Shown one piece after another: positions 6,877 through 15,532 of a stretch of DNA of 64,000 nt. The notes under the pieces were generated by a model. The model was not told the origin of the DNA and ran no database searches. It saw nothing but the letters and a program-made list of their open reading frames with translations. The position numbers and the translations under genes are program-made. Numbering within the stretch: position 1 is the first letter of the stretch; every line of letters begins with the position of its first letter. The stretch is taken from the sequence record NC_105514.1, one strand, 5' to 3'. Origin of the DNA: Escherichia phage JLBYU40.

Positions 6877-7824
6877 TTATTTATTACGCATATCCATAAT
6901 CATTTGGCCATCATAGCCAGTGCCAACCACAGTCTGCGGTACACCACCTTGGTATTTCTGAGCACGAATCATTTCAACTTCCAGTTGCTTCCAGCGAATC
7001 ATCTCAGGAGTAATGGTACGTTGCAATGCGGCGTTAGCTTCAGCTTCTTTCTTAGCTGCATATAGTTTAGCATCTGCGTCACGTTCATTGGCAATAGCTT
7101 GGTTGTTGCGAGCTTCACGGTCTGCTTCTGCTTGTTTAACTTTTTGCTGTGCTTCCTGTTCAACGCGAGCCAGTTCAGCTTTCGCAGCATTAACTTGCTC
7201 TTCACGAACTTTGGTATTCTGTACCTGTTCCATGATTACCGGTGGCAAAGTAATATCCTGAAGGAATACCTGCTTAACTGTATAACCATATGGGCGTGCA
7301 TACTCTTCAACTTCCTGTTGAATTGCAGTTTGCAATTGAGCCTGAATTTTAGCATCAAACAAATCTTGTGCTTTAGGTACAGACTTACCAAACTCACGAA
7401 TAGTAGACAGTAATTTTTCAGTTACATACTTGTCTAGTGCCTGATCCTGAGTACCTGCGTTAATACGGTTAATTGGTGCCTTAGAACCATCAAACTGCAA
7501 CATAACAGTCAGGTCAACAGTGGATTTAAACTTATCCTGGCTAGGAACCTGAAGTTTATCTAATTTTACAGCAATATCTTTTGTACTAAAAGTGTCGAAA
7601 GATGCAAATGGGTTTACAAGATGGAAACCTGGTAATACTGGGTTAGGATCTACTTTACCCAGAAATGTTTGGGTTTTAACCGTACCATCAGAAACAATAG
7701 TATATGAATTAAAAGCTAGGATTAAACCTGCTAAACCAACTACAGCACCAATACCCCAACGTTTAATAGTACGAATTACTTTCTGCTCAGAAGTCAGTTC
7801 TTTCATATTTTTAGTATTAAACAT
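6877..7824 (-). CDS. SPFH / band-7 (prohibitin/HflK-like) membrane protein
   Basis: N-terminal TM helix (GIGAVVGLAGLILAF), then SPFH-like core and Ala/Glu/Gln-rich coiled coil. Confidence 0.6.
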   Translation of the reverse strand: MFNTKNMKELTSEQKVIRTIKRWGIGAVVGLAGLILAFNSYTIVSDGTVKTQTFLGKVDPNPVLPGFHLVNPFASFDTFSTKDIAVKLDKLQVPSQDKFKSTVDLTVMLQFDGSKAPINRINAGTQDQALDKYVTEKLLSTIREFGKSVPKAQDLFDAKIQAQLQTAIQQEVEEYARPYGYTVKQVFLQDITLPPVIMEQVQNTKVREEQVNAAKAELARVEQEAQQKVKQAEADREARNNQAIANERDADAKLYAAKKEAEANAALQRTITPEMIRWKQLEVEMIRAQKYQGGVPQTVVGTGYDGQMIMDMRNK

Positions 7825-7858
7825 ATATTTCCTTTGTTTTAGTTACAGTTAATAAAAT

Positions 7859-7933
7859 TGGCCGAGGTGACAGGATTCGAACCTGCATAAAGGAATTTAG
7901 AAGACTCCTGCCTCTCCCTTAGACTACACCCCG
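7859..7933 (-). tRNA. tRNA-Arg (UCU)
   Basis: Acceptor CGGGGTG/CACCTCG, anticodon arm GGAGT-CTTCTAA-ATTCC, T-arm GCAGG-TTCGAAT-CCTGT, CCA encoded. Confidence 0.65.
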
Positions 7934-8433
7934 TTTAAGTATTTTTAAGAACTCTCGTAAAAACTCTTAAAAATACAGACGATACCGGGAGAGTCATAGG
8001 TCTCACTCATTAAGTATTTCAAGACAAAATACAGTAACGTCTATTATTTTCCAGTTTAAGTCAGGGTGACTTAGTGGTTATGTCCTGCGGTATATTGAGG
8101 ACTCGGTTAGGCTTGGGGTCATGACTTCCCGCCTTTTGCTGCTACTCAACAGGAGTTATCGCGAATTACCTGTGCTATTGTGCACCATTAGTGACATCTC
8201 TCATGCCAGCATTTCCCACTTTGTGGATAGCTTGAAAAACTACTCCGATATGGAGAAAGAACTTCACTATCCTAGAATACCTTCTAAAGTTCTTCTTTAG
8301 CCTGGACATAGTTAAATCGTAATAAAACTATTCAGCAGACCGGTTGGTTAGTCTGGAACCAACTACCGCGTGGTTTAGGCAGTGCGCAACTAACCTCGGA
8401 AGCTTTTACGTTAAAAGCATCAGTTATCCAGTT

Positions 8434-8508
8434 CTTACCGACCGTAGGATTCGAACCTACATCTTCCACCAGTTACGGCTTGATAATACCAATTATACTA
8501 GGACGGCA
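8434..8508 (-). ncRNA. unresolved tRNA-like element
   Basis: T-arm GTAGG-TTCGAAT-CCTAC and partial acceptor pairing, but no canonical anticodon arm found. Confidence 0.25.
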
Positions 8509-8730
8509 GTGTTACTACATAAGTGATTTCCACACCCCACTATTTATAAATTAGAGAAGAGTTTAGGGAAGAGGTTTCAGACGCCTCATTTTACACGTTC
8601 TAGCCACTAACCGGGATTGCCGCCCCCTGTGTACTAGTTTTACAACTAACCCACCGACTCTATTCAATGCACTCCGGTTGGGATTCTGCACTCAGCGTAA
8701 TCGGCTCGCTGTTCCCTAATTTATGAATAT

Positions 8731-8759
8731 ATTATACAGAATTTATAAGCATTTAGCAA
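8731..8759 (-). promoter_or_regulatory. sigma70-type promoter (-35 TTGCTA, 17 bp, -10 TATAAT)
   Basis: Plus-strand attata 8731-8736, tagcaa 8754-8759; points into the 800-nt non-coding stretch. Confidence 0.6.
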
Positions 8760-8767
8760 ATGAATTT

Positions 8768-9202
8768 TTAGAAAAATTCACTAGCGATCAAAGCAGTTGT
8801 TTTACCGTCATAACGTCCAGGAAATTCTGCCTTAATAGTTTTCATTAATAGAGCTTTGGTAATACCTGGGTTTAATTTAACCAGTTCTGCAAAATACTCA
8901 CGAATTTCAGTTTCAGTCAGTTGACTTGGCTGATACTCTTGCAGCATGGAATAAAGCAGTTGCTCATAGTCTACATCAGTAGGAACTTTCGTACCAACTT
9001 TAATAGCGCGCTGCTTTGCATTTTCTAGAGCCTTAATCTGAGCTTTCAGATAGGCTACAAACTCGGTTCGAGTAACAATGTCTTTATCAATACGTTGCAG
9101 GTCGCCAATCATGGTCTGAAGATTAAGTGCCCGCTCTTTATCACCGTGAGTACGTGCTAGACTAAGCAGTCCACGAAGGGTCATTAGGATATTTTCACCC
9201 AT
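8768..9202 (-). CDS. hypothetical protein (144 aa)
   Basis: ORF track; start overlaps stop of upstream small ORF. Confidence 0.5.
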   Translation of the reverse strand: MGENILMTLRGLLSLARTHGDKERALNLQTMIGDLQRIDKDIVTRTEFVAYLKAQIKALENAKQRAIKVGTKVPTDVDYEQLLYSMLQEYQPSQLTETEIREYFAELVKLNPGITKALLMKTIKAEFPGRYDGKTTALIASEFF

Positions 9203-9370
9203 TATTTCATCCCCAATGCTTGGTTAAAAGATTGTTCTGTCATAACTGCTGAGACTTTGGCGAAATCAAACTTTTTAGGGTTCGTAGTGATTTCAGCAAC
9301 GTTAGAAGTTTTAACAGTTTTCGTAGTACGAATACCGCGAGTGTTAACACCAATAATTACAACTGATTTC
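9202..9370 (-). CDS. hypothetical small protein (about 56 aa)
   Basis: Hand-read ORF MKSVVIIGVNTRGIRTT... with SD GAGGAAG; stop overlaps next ATG. Confidence 0.35.
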
Positions 9371-9403
9371 ATATTTCGCTTCCTCTCATTAATTTATGAA
9401 AGT

Positions 9404-9432
9404 ATTATACAGAAATTTAAGTATTTAAGCAA
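9404..9432 (-). promoter_or_regulatory. sigma70-type promoter (-35 TTGCTT, 17 bp, -10 TATAAT)
   Basis: Plus-strand attata 9404-9409, aagcaa 9427-9432. Confidence 0.6.
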
Positions 9433-9440
9433 GTAAATTT

Positions 9441-9908
9441 TTAAGTTTTAGTGACAACAGGTTTATAAAACGTATGTCCCTTAATCTTAGTTGTTTTCTT
9501 AAACTTCTTTGTCCAGTAAGGTTTATCTTTACCACTATGGAAGTATAGTGCTCCATGTGTAGGATCTTGTGGTAAATCAACGTAGTATATCACTCTAGCT
9601 AAATTCTTAGCGGTTTGCCAAGCCTCATCAGTTTTATCAACTTTTGGTCTCTTAGATACCCAAGAGAACTGGTTAGACTGATATACTACTTTACAGTAGG
9701 AATCTGGGAATTTACCGGAGTTTACACGGTTTTTAGTAACATGTGCAATCGCCGTCATTCCCTTTATGCCCTCACCACGACTTTCGAAATAGATATTTTT
9801 AGCAATGCAATCTATTTCTTTTGCATCGTGCGATGCCTGACTACTAAAGCTGAAGGTAAGGGCAGCTACTAAAAGCAAAGCTGCCTTCATTCTTTTTACT
9901 ACTGCCAA
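9441..9908 (-). CDS. secreted cell-wall hydrolase, SleB-like (Hydrolase_2 family)
   Basis: N-terminal signal peptide (MKAALLLVAALTFSFSSQA); motifs resembling SleB-type cell wall hydrolases. Confidence 0.5.
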   Translation of the reverse strand: MAVVKRMKAALLLVAALTFSFSSQASHDAKEIDCIAKNIYFESRGEGIKGMTAIAHVTKNRVNSGKFPDSYCKVVYQSNQFSWVSKRPKVDKTDEAWQTAKNLARVIYYVDLPQDPTHGALYFHSGKDKPYWTKKFKKTTKIKGHTFYKPVVTKT

Positions 9909-10213
9909 TCATATTCAACACGATTGGGATTTTCTTTATACCCTAAGTCAAGCAAATCATTACGCATATTTTGCTTAGCTACTGGGTTCGAGGTTACTAG
10001 TACCACTTTCTTTGGTCTCTGCCCAAATTCTAAGAGTAAACGAAGAATTTGATAACCTTCCATACCATCTACAGCCAAGTCATTATCCATATAAACGAAA
10101 TGGCCTGTGGTATCAGTTTTATTCAGAAACTCTACAGCGGCTTCTGGGGTTCGAATGATAATGTCCATTCCGTGAAGATTGCGCACGTCATCAATCAAAA
10201 TATGAAAAGTCAT
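9899..10213 (-). CDS. stand-alone CheY-like receiver-domain protein (putative)
   Basis: ILIDD near N-terminus, central YMDNDLAVDGMEG, VVLVTSN, later Lys: pattern of response-regulator receiver domains. Confidence 0.4.
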   Translation of the reverse strand: MTFHILIDDVRNLHGMDIIIRTPEAAVEFLNKTDTTGHFVYMDNDLAVDGMEGYQILRLLLEFGQRPKKVVLVTSNPVAKQNMRNDLLDLGYKENPNRVEYDWQ

Positions 10214-10243
10214 AATAGCCTCGTTTCATCAATTTAAAAATAT

Positions 10244-10272
10244 ATTATACACATAATTTAGTAAATTAGCAA
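10244..10272 (-). promoter_or_regulatory. sigma70-type promoter (-35 TTGCTA, 17 bp, -10 TATAAT)
   Basis: Plus-strand attata 10244-10249, tagcaa 10267-10272. Confidence 0.6.
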
Positions 10273-10655
10273 ATACATTTTTAAATTGTGAAACTAGTAA
10301 ACCGATAAACAGCCTAGAGGCGCCACAGGCCATATCTTATGAGCCATGTACCTTTGATCTAGGGTTTGAATCATCAATGAATACTTTGCATCTTTTAGCT
10401 TTAGAAGTTTAGAAGTTTGAGTTCTTTAAACTTTTCAGCTTTCATACTTAAATGTTGATCTTTGAAGTTGTGTCGGTAATATCAACGACGCTTTGTTTTT
10501 ACGTGTCAGATTAAATGTCTGATGTAATAAACATAATCTCCAATAGATTATACTTTATAGTATGGTCAGCGGTCTTATTTAACCTCGTATTTCAACCGCT
10601 GCTGCGAGGTAAGATGCTTGGGCTTTCGTCTACCGATTTACTAGCTTTTAAATTA

Positions 10656-11294
10656 TTACTCTACTTCAATGAAGGTAGAGGCGTTAGACTCGGACAGAAC
10701 AAAGTCAACATTTGTTGCAAAGTCCTGATATTCCTCGTCATGCTGTTTAATCAGCTTTTCCAGTTCCAGCGGATCAATCAAGAATGGGGTATTCTTGAGT
10801 TCCAGCAGGTTGAGCTGCATTTTAACTTCATCTTCGGAAGTTTTCTTATCGCGGGTAGCCATGCTATCCTGCAAACGCTCATATTTAGCATCAAACTGTG
10901 CTTTCTGCGTATTAAACTTAACCGTAGCGGCATGGAACTGCTTACGCATGTTAGCCAGCAGTTGGGCTTTAAGTTCCATAGAACGCTTAGCTTCAATTGC
11001 TTCCGCAACGGTCATCTTACGAGAGCCAATCTCAACGATTGTTTCAGCATTGCTTTTAATCAGAGCAGCTTTGATACGATCACGCTGGGACATCATATCC
11101 AGGAGAGATTGGAAATCTGCCTTAATACGAGCAGACAGATCGTCTACTTCGATTGCAGCGCCAACTACAACCTTATTTTTATCCTTACCTTCACCAACAG
11201 CGATCAGAAGCTGCTGTTCAGTAGCTTTACGGATTTTAGCTTCCAGAGATTTGATAGTTGCCAGAGCGCGGGTTTTAGAAATACGAGTAGTCAT
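10656..11294 (-). CDS. hypothetical protein (212 aa, helical)
   Basis: ORF track; the two long plus-strand ORFs over it are antisense artefacts. Confidence 0.55.
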   Translation of the reverse strand: MTTRISKTRALATIKSLEAKIRKATEQQLLIAVGEGKDKNKVVVGAAIEVDDLSARIKADFQSLLDMMSQRDRIKAALIKSNAETIVEIGSRKMTVAEAIEAKRSMELKAQLLANMRKQFHAATVKFNTQKAQFDAKYERLQDSMATRDKKTSEDEVKMQLNLLELKNTPFLIDPLELEKLIKQHDEEYQDFATNVDFVLSESNASTFIEVE

Positions 11295-11346
11295 TATTTG
11301 CTTCCTTATATGAAGTTTGAGATTTGAATTTGTTTAAAGTTGGTCT

Positions 11347-11464
11347 ATTACAGACCAATTGCCAGCAGAGTGCGCAGAACAGTATCGTTACTGTTATCAA
11401 TTTTAGGATTAGCACGATTTAGCAGATCAAAGATTTTCTGGACACCTGATTGACGTTCAGCCAT
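11347..11464 (-). CDS. possible small basic protein (frame open upstream without ATG)
   Basis: Frame ...NGKKATRNLGIRRMAERQSGVQKIFDLLNRANPKID... with optimal-looking codons; only in-frame ATG gives 38 aa. Confidence 0.2.
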
Positions 11465-11570
11465 ACGACGGATACCCAGATTACGAGTAGCTTTCTTACC
11501 ATTTTTACGAACATTTTTAGATACTGGCGTATTTGTTTTCCTTTTATTGTTTTCTCAAATTTATGAATAT

Positions 11571-11599
11571 ATTATACAGAATTTTGGGGCCGGAAGCAA
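11571..11599 (-). promoter_or_regulatory. sigma70-type promoter (-35 TTGCTT, 17 bp, -10 TATAAT)
   Basis: Plus-strand attata 11571-11576, aagcaa 11594-11599; cassette nearly identical to 8719-8745. Confidence 0.6.
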
Positions 11600-11600
11600 A

Positions 11601-12302
11601 TCAAATTTTCATTTTTTCGATCATAGCTGCAACACAATAGCTTTCAACTAAGGCATCAAATGCAGGATCATGCTTAACCGGATAGATCCCATAACGAATA
11701 GTGTCCATCTTCTCCATTTTAGCTATTGCCCAGCTAATAGCTTCGGTCTCTAGAGCCTTATAACTGTATCCAGCTTGCATCCAGAGATTACGAAGAGATC
11801 GAACATTACCCAAATTCCAGAATTTCCACGGAACTACCTCTTCATTGGTTCCAGCATGGAACGTGTTTGCAGAGTAGATAGTCATATCAAATTCTGGGCC
11901 ATTGCCATAATACAAAGCATTTTCGCCTAGAGCCAACTCCATAATATTTTGAGCCATAGAGAAGGCAGCATAGTTAGAGCCGAGCTTATTAGTACAGTGA
12001 TGTTTACCATTTTGGAAGGCAATCAGTTTTGGATTACGTTCCTTCATAGCTTCCATTATGTGAATAGCAGAGGGGCTATTTTTAGCTTGATCCATCCAGA
12101 ATGCTAGAGTAGATGCTGTAACTTTGGCACCAGAATTAAGCTGATCCTGCACATCCAAAGTAACAAATACTAAGTCAGGGTCTTTGTCAATCCCATGCAT
12201 AGCCACAAAAGCGAAAGAAGGCATTGCGATATGAGTAGTACCACAATCTCCTGGAGTTCCTAGAGATTCAATATCTAGCATACCAAATGGTTTTACTTTC
12301 AT
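11601..12302 (-). CDS. putative exonuclease (DEDD-like motif)
   Basis: N-terminal LDIESLGT resembles Exo I motif of DnaQ-like 3'-5' exonucleases; otherwise unassigned. Confidence 0.4.
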   Translation of the reverse strand: MKVKPFGMLDIESLGTPGDCGTTHIAMPSFAFVAMHGIDKDPDLVFVTLDVQDQLNSGAKVTASTLAFWMDQAKNSPSAIHIMEAMKERNPKLIAFQNGKHHCTNKLGSNYAAFSMAQNIMELALGENALYYGNGPEFDMTIYSANTFHAGTNEEVVPWKFWNLGNVRSLRNLWMQAGYSYKALETEAISWAIAKMEKMDTIRYGIYPVKHDPAFDALVESYCVAAMIEKMKI

Positions 12303-12330
12303 AACTTATCCTTTATTGTGTAGAAAACTA

Positions 12331-12567
12331 TTAAAGAGCTGTCTCTTTAATAGACTCCCACTTCTTGGGGTCTTTAAAACCAGGAAGCATATCCTCACTG
12401 ACATCCCAGTTCTCTTCCATAGAGAAGTCGGGCCATTCATTCCAGCTACCTTCCAGCTCTTCATAACAGGCATCCATTACCTCATGAATAGAAAGTCGTG
12501 TATAATCCCTAGCTGACTTATGGGTGCTAGCACGGTTAAAATCATTCTTTGCTACAAAATTACGCAT
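12331..12567 (-). CDS. hypothetical protein (78 aa)
   Basis: ORF track; SD GGAGAAA upstream. Confidence 0.4.
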   Translation of the reverse strand: MRNFVAKNDFNRASTHKSARDYTRLSIHEVMDACYEELEGSWNEWPDFSMEENWDVSEDMLPGFKDPKKWESIKETAL

Positions 12568-12576
12568 AGTTTCTCC

Positions 12577-12600
12577 AAATAAGAGGGGCCTTCGCCCCCT
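12577..12600 (-). terminator. hairpin terminator/attenuator between minus-strand genes
   Basis: GGGGC-CTTC-GCCCC stem-loop, U-rich on minus strand. Confidence 0.4.
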
Positions 12601-12608
12601 GATTTAAA

Positions 12609-12824
12609 TCACTTGCCCAGCAGTTTAAGGATATTTTCCATAATAGTTTGGGCAGATTTTTCACTCTTGTTGGTTTCAGCCAACTTTAAAGCGAGTTCTT
12701 CCTGCTGTTTCTGAATATCCGCAGCAATTTTTTGATCAGCCTCAATACGAGCTTGAAGCTCATCAGTGATAGTGGTAAAGGAAGCAACGATTTCAGTAAC
12801 AGAACGTGGTTTCTTAGAGAACAT
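12609..12824 (-). CDS. hypothetical protein (71 aa)
   Basis: ORF track. Confidence 0.4.
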   Translation of the reverse strand: MFSKKPRSVTEIVASFTTITDELQARIEADQKIAADIQKQQEELALKLAETNKSEKSAQTIMENILKLLGK

Positions 12825-12887
12825 AAAAATATCCTTGATTAGTTAGAGAATTAGTAGATTGTAGGGGCTTCTGCCCCTATTTATCTA

Positions 12888-13403
12888 TTACTTCGCTTTA
12901 CGCTTGCGAGCTGGTTTAGCAGATTTACGAGCAGAATCACCCGTGAACTTAATGCCTACACCGTAACACAGAGCACGAACGTTATCTTTGCTATACTCTA
13001 CACCGAAGATATTTGGCTTAACAGAACCAAACTGTCCACGAGTATCACGCAATACATCTGCCGTTGGTTTGCGTTTCTGGTTAACTGCTTTCTCGTAATC
13101 TTTCATGGCCATGCCATTACGAGGGAACAATTCTGCTCCAGCATTGAAACTCAGTGCTACTGGAACAGATTTGTGACCGTAACCCTGTACATAGGTCACA
13201 AGGCGGGCTACAGAACGAGTTGCGTTCTTAGCCTTCGGCTTTTGACGAATCGGAGCCGGACGATTCAGTGCCTGTGCAGCTTGAGCATCAGTAGGGTGCT
13301 TGCGCAGGTGGCGTTCCAGACGAGCTTTGCGGTTAGCCTCAGTCTGAGGGAAAGTTTTAACTGTAGTAGCTGCTTGAGTTTTTGCGTTTTTCTGCTTAGC
13401 CAT
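12888..13403 (-). CDS. hypothetical basic protein (171 aa)
   Basis: Lys/Arg-rich termini; ORF track. Confidence 0.5.
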   Translation of the reverse strand: MAKQKNAKTQAATTVKTFPQTEANRKARLERHLRKHPTDAQAAQALNRPAPIRQKPKAKNATRSVARLVTYVQGYGHKSVPVALSFNAGAELFPRNGMAMKDYEKAVNQKRKPTADVLRDTRGQFGSVKPNIFGVEYSKDNVRALCYGVGIKFTGDSARKSAKPARKRKAK

Positions 13404-13442
13404 TATTTATTTTCCTTTTTGTTTATCAATTTATGAAGTATA

Positions 13443-13470
13443 TTATACGAGAATTTGAAGCGTTTAGCAA
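13443..13470 (-). promoter_or_regulatory. sigma70-type promoter (-35 TTGCTA, 16 bp, -10 TATAAT)
   Basis: Plus-strand attata 13443-13448, tagcaa 13465-13470. Confidence 0.55.
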
Positions 13471-13486
13471 ATGAATTTTTTAAAAA

Positions 13487-13765
13487 TTATCTACCAACCA
13501 TCTTGGCTTGTTCTGCATCGGAAACATATTGATACGCTCCTTTATTATACGCTGGAGCAGTACACATTTTCTTACGCTCAATCTCTTCTTGAGCTTTTCT
13601 TTCGCGTTCAGCTAATTCTTCGTCCAGATAAACTAAACGTTGTTCTGGAGGGGGTGGAAGACGTGTCTCTGGCTCACCAATATTAGCCTTTCTTATTTGA
13701 CGAGGTGATTGTGCACGTTTTCTCAATGGTTTAAATCCTAATGAATTTGAGTTATAAATCCGCAT
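13487..13765 (-). CDS. hypothetical protein (92 aa)
   Basis: ORF track. Confidence 0.4.
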   Translation of the reverse strand: MRIYNSNSLGFKPLRKRAQSPRQIRKANIGEPETRLPPPPEQRLVYLDEELAERERKAQEEIERKKMCTAPAYNKGAYQYVSDAEQAKMVGR

Positions 13766-13792
13766 AAAGCCCTCCTCACTTTCAATATGAAT

Positions 13793-13821
13793 ATTATACT
13801 AAATTAGAGGGCTTTAAGCAA
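13793..13821 (-). promoter_or_regulatory. sigma70-type promoter (-35 TTGCTT, -10 TATAAT)
   Basis: Plus-strand attata 13793-13798, aagcaa 13816-13821. Confidence 0.55.
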
Positions 13822-13841
13822 GAAGATTTTTAATTTATTTA

Positions 13842-14318
13842 TCACATCTCGGCCATTTCAGCTTCAGTAATAACTGTGTTACACAATGCATCTACAGCTT
13901 CATTACCACTAATACCAGAATGTCCTTTAACCTTAATAAAGGTAGGATTAGTATTGTGAAAGTTGATATACTGCTGTGTTAATTTAAATGCTTCCTGCCA
14001 AAGTTCTAGATTAAGAGGGACTTCACCATCTGCTTTCTTCCAGCCTTTCCTTTGCCAAGAAAACATCCAACTTTCCATACCATTTTTGCAATAAGCAGAA
14101 TCAGTATAGATAACAATTGGTCTATTATCTTTTTTAACTGACCAACGTAGAGCCTCTACAATAGCCGTGAGTTCCATCTCATTATTTGTAGTTTTAGGAC
14201 TATATCCAGATTTAGAACCTAAACGATCGTCGTTATCATCATAGACAATAAAACCCCAAGCACCTGGACCTGGATTAGACTTACAAGCACCATCTGTATA
14301 AATGTGGAAAACCGACAT
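13842..14318 (-). CDS. rnh: ribonuclease H (RNase HI family)
   Basis: IYTDGACKSNPGPGAWG and TDSAY motifs; start set to MSVFH after SD GGGAGG. Confidence 0.85.
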   Translation of the reverse strand: MSVFHIYTDGACKSNPGPGAWGFIVYDDNDDRLGSKSGYSPKTTNNEMELTAIVEALRWSVKKDNRPIVIYTDSAYCKNGMESWMFSWQRKGWKKADGEVPLNLELWQEAFKLTQQYINFHNTNPTFIKVKGHSGISGNEAVDALCNTVITEAEMAEM

Positions 14319-14599
14319 TATACCTCCCAACTAATTTTAAGACCCATGTCTACAAAGGCGGCTTCTCGGTAGTATTGTGAGAGATGATACCCCTTATCCG
14401 ATAAGGTTTTTAGTACCGATTTAGCTGCTCCTGGCATTTCTCTAGGATTATATAGCCATCTAGCGTAAGGATTATCTCGAATAATTACTTCTGTATTTCC
14501 AGACTTAGCAGCTTCTACAATCTTTTCTTCTATAAACTTTAGAAATGCGGGTACTTCTGTTAATCCTGCAAGTTCTTGGGCTTCTTTGGCTGAAATCAT
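14318..14599 (-). CDS. hypothetical protein (93 aa)
   Basis: ORF track; stop overlaps RNase H start. Confidence 0.45.
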   Translation of the reverse strand: MISAKEAQELAGLTEVPAFLKFIEEKIVEAAKSGNTEVIIRDNPYARWLYNPREMPGAAKSVLKTLSDKGYHLSQYYREAAFVDMGLKISWEV

Positions 14600-14624
14600 T
14601 GTATACCTCCAATTTATAAAATAT

Positions 14625-14653
14625 ATTATATTTAAATTTCACTAAATAAGCAA
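14625..14653 (-). promoter_or_regulatory. sigma70-type promoter (-35 TTGCTT, 17 bp, -10 TATAAT)
   Basis: Plus-strand attata 14625-14630, aagcaa 14648-14653. Confidence 0.6.
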
Positions 14654-14659
14654 ATGAAA

Positions 14660-14686
14660 TTTAAATATAATAGCCCCGAAGGGCTA
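14660..14686 (-). terminator. hairpin terminator downstream of thyA
   Basis: TAGCCC-CGAA-GGGCTA stem-loop with flanking U-rich tract on minus strand. Confidence 0.45.
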
Positions 14687-14692
14687 TTTAAG

Positions 14693-15532
14693 TTAAGAGG
14701 ACATTTTAGCTTTAAGAGCCGGATGCGGATCATATCCTTCAAGCTGGAAGGACCAAGCTGCCGTATTATTTTCTAATAAATCGTAAAGATCTACAAACTC
14801 TGGCATTACTAGAGTAGGTAAAGCACGAGGTTTACGTTTTACCTGCTCTTCTACCTGTTCCATGTGGTCATTATAGATATGAGTATCACCGCCACTAAAG
14901 ATAAGATAACGAGGTTTTAATCCTGTCAGTTTTGCTAATATGTGCGTTAATAAAGCATAACTAGCAATATTGAAAGGTAAACCGAGGAAACAATCTACAG
15001 AACGTTGGGTCCATTTAAGATCTAGGTATCCATCGTTACTTACATAGCACTGGAAGCCGTAGTGACATGGTGGTAATGCCATTTTATCAAGTTCAGCTAC
15101 GTTCCATGCAGAAACTAGATGTCTGCGGCCATGAGGATTATTCTTGAGTCCTTCAATAAGTTCTATAATCTGATCTCTCCCACCAAAGTTGCGCCACTGT
15201 TTACCATATACTGGTCCTAGATTACCCTTATCATACCCCATACTTATAGCTTGGTCTTCATAATTTGGAGTCCAGATGGTCCACTGTCCTTCGTCACGAC
15301 CAAATGTGAATACACGTAGATCATGGAGATTTGTGGAACCAGACAAGAACCATAAGAGTTCTCCTACTACTGATTTCCAGGCCAGGCGTTTAGTAGTTAC
15401 AGCCGGGAATCCCTCACGTAGGTCGAACTTAGCATAGGAATCAAAAATCGAAACTGTGCCCGTTCCTGTACGATCGTTACGTGGTTCACCTAGTAAAATT
15501 ACATCTGTCAAAATTTTTAAGTATTGTTGCAT
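14693..15532 (-). CDS. thyA: thymidylate synthase
   Basis: 279 aa; active-site region ALPPCHYGFQCYV and typical ThyA N-terminus. Confidence 0.9.
   Translation of the reverse strand: MQQYLKILTDVILLGEPRNDRTGTGTVSIFDSYAKFDLREGFPAVTTKRLAWKSVVGELLWFLSGSTNLHDLRVFTFGRDEGQWTIWTPNYEDQAISMGYDKGNLGPVYGKQWRNFGGRDQIIELIEGLKNNPHGRRHLVSAWNVAELDKMALPPCHYGFQCYVSNDGYLDLKWTQRSVDCFLGLPFNIASYALLTHILAKLTGLKPRYLIFSGGDTHIYNDHMEQVEEQVKRKPRALPTLVMPEFVDLYDLLENNTAAWSFQLEGYDPHPALKAKMSS

Noticed and set aside
7013-7413. Plus-strand ORFs antisense to the SPFH gene
   Set aside because: Low-complexity antisense translations of the coiled-coil region; no RBS
10515-11327. 270-aa and 172-aa plus-strand ORFs (10515-11327, 10795-11313)
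   Set aside because: Antisense to a well-supported minus-strand gene (10656-11294) that has a promoter and RBS; Cys/Ser/Leu-rich translations typical of antisense frames
12863-12880. GC-rich hairpin AGGGGC-TTCT-GCCCCT as a terminator
   Set aside because: No U-tract on the minus strand where the upstream gene ends; may be a processing or stability hairpin, left unannotated
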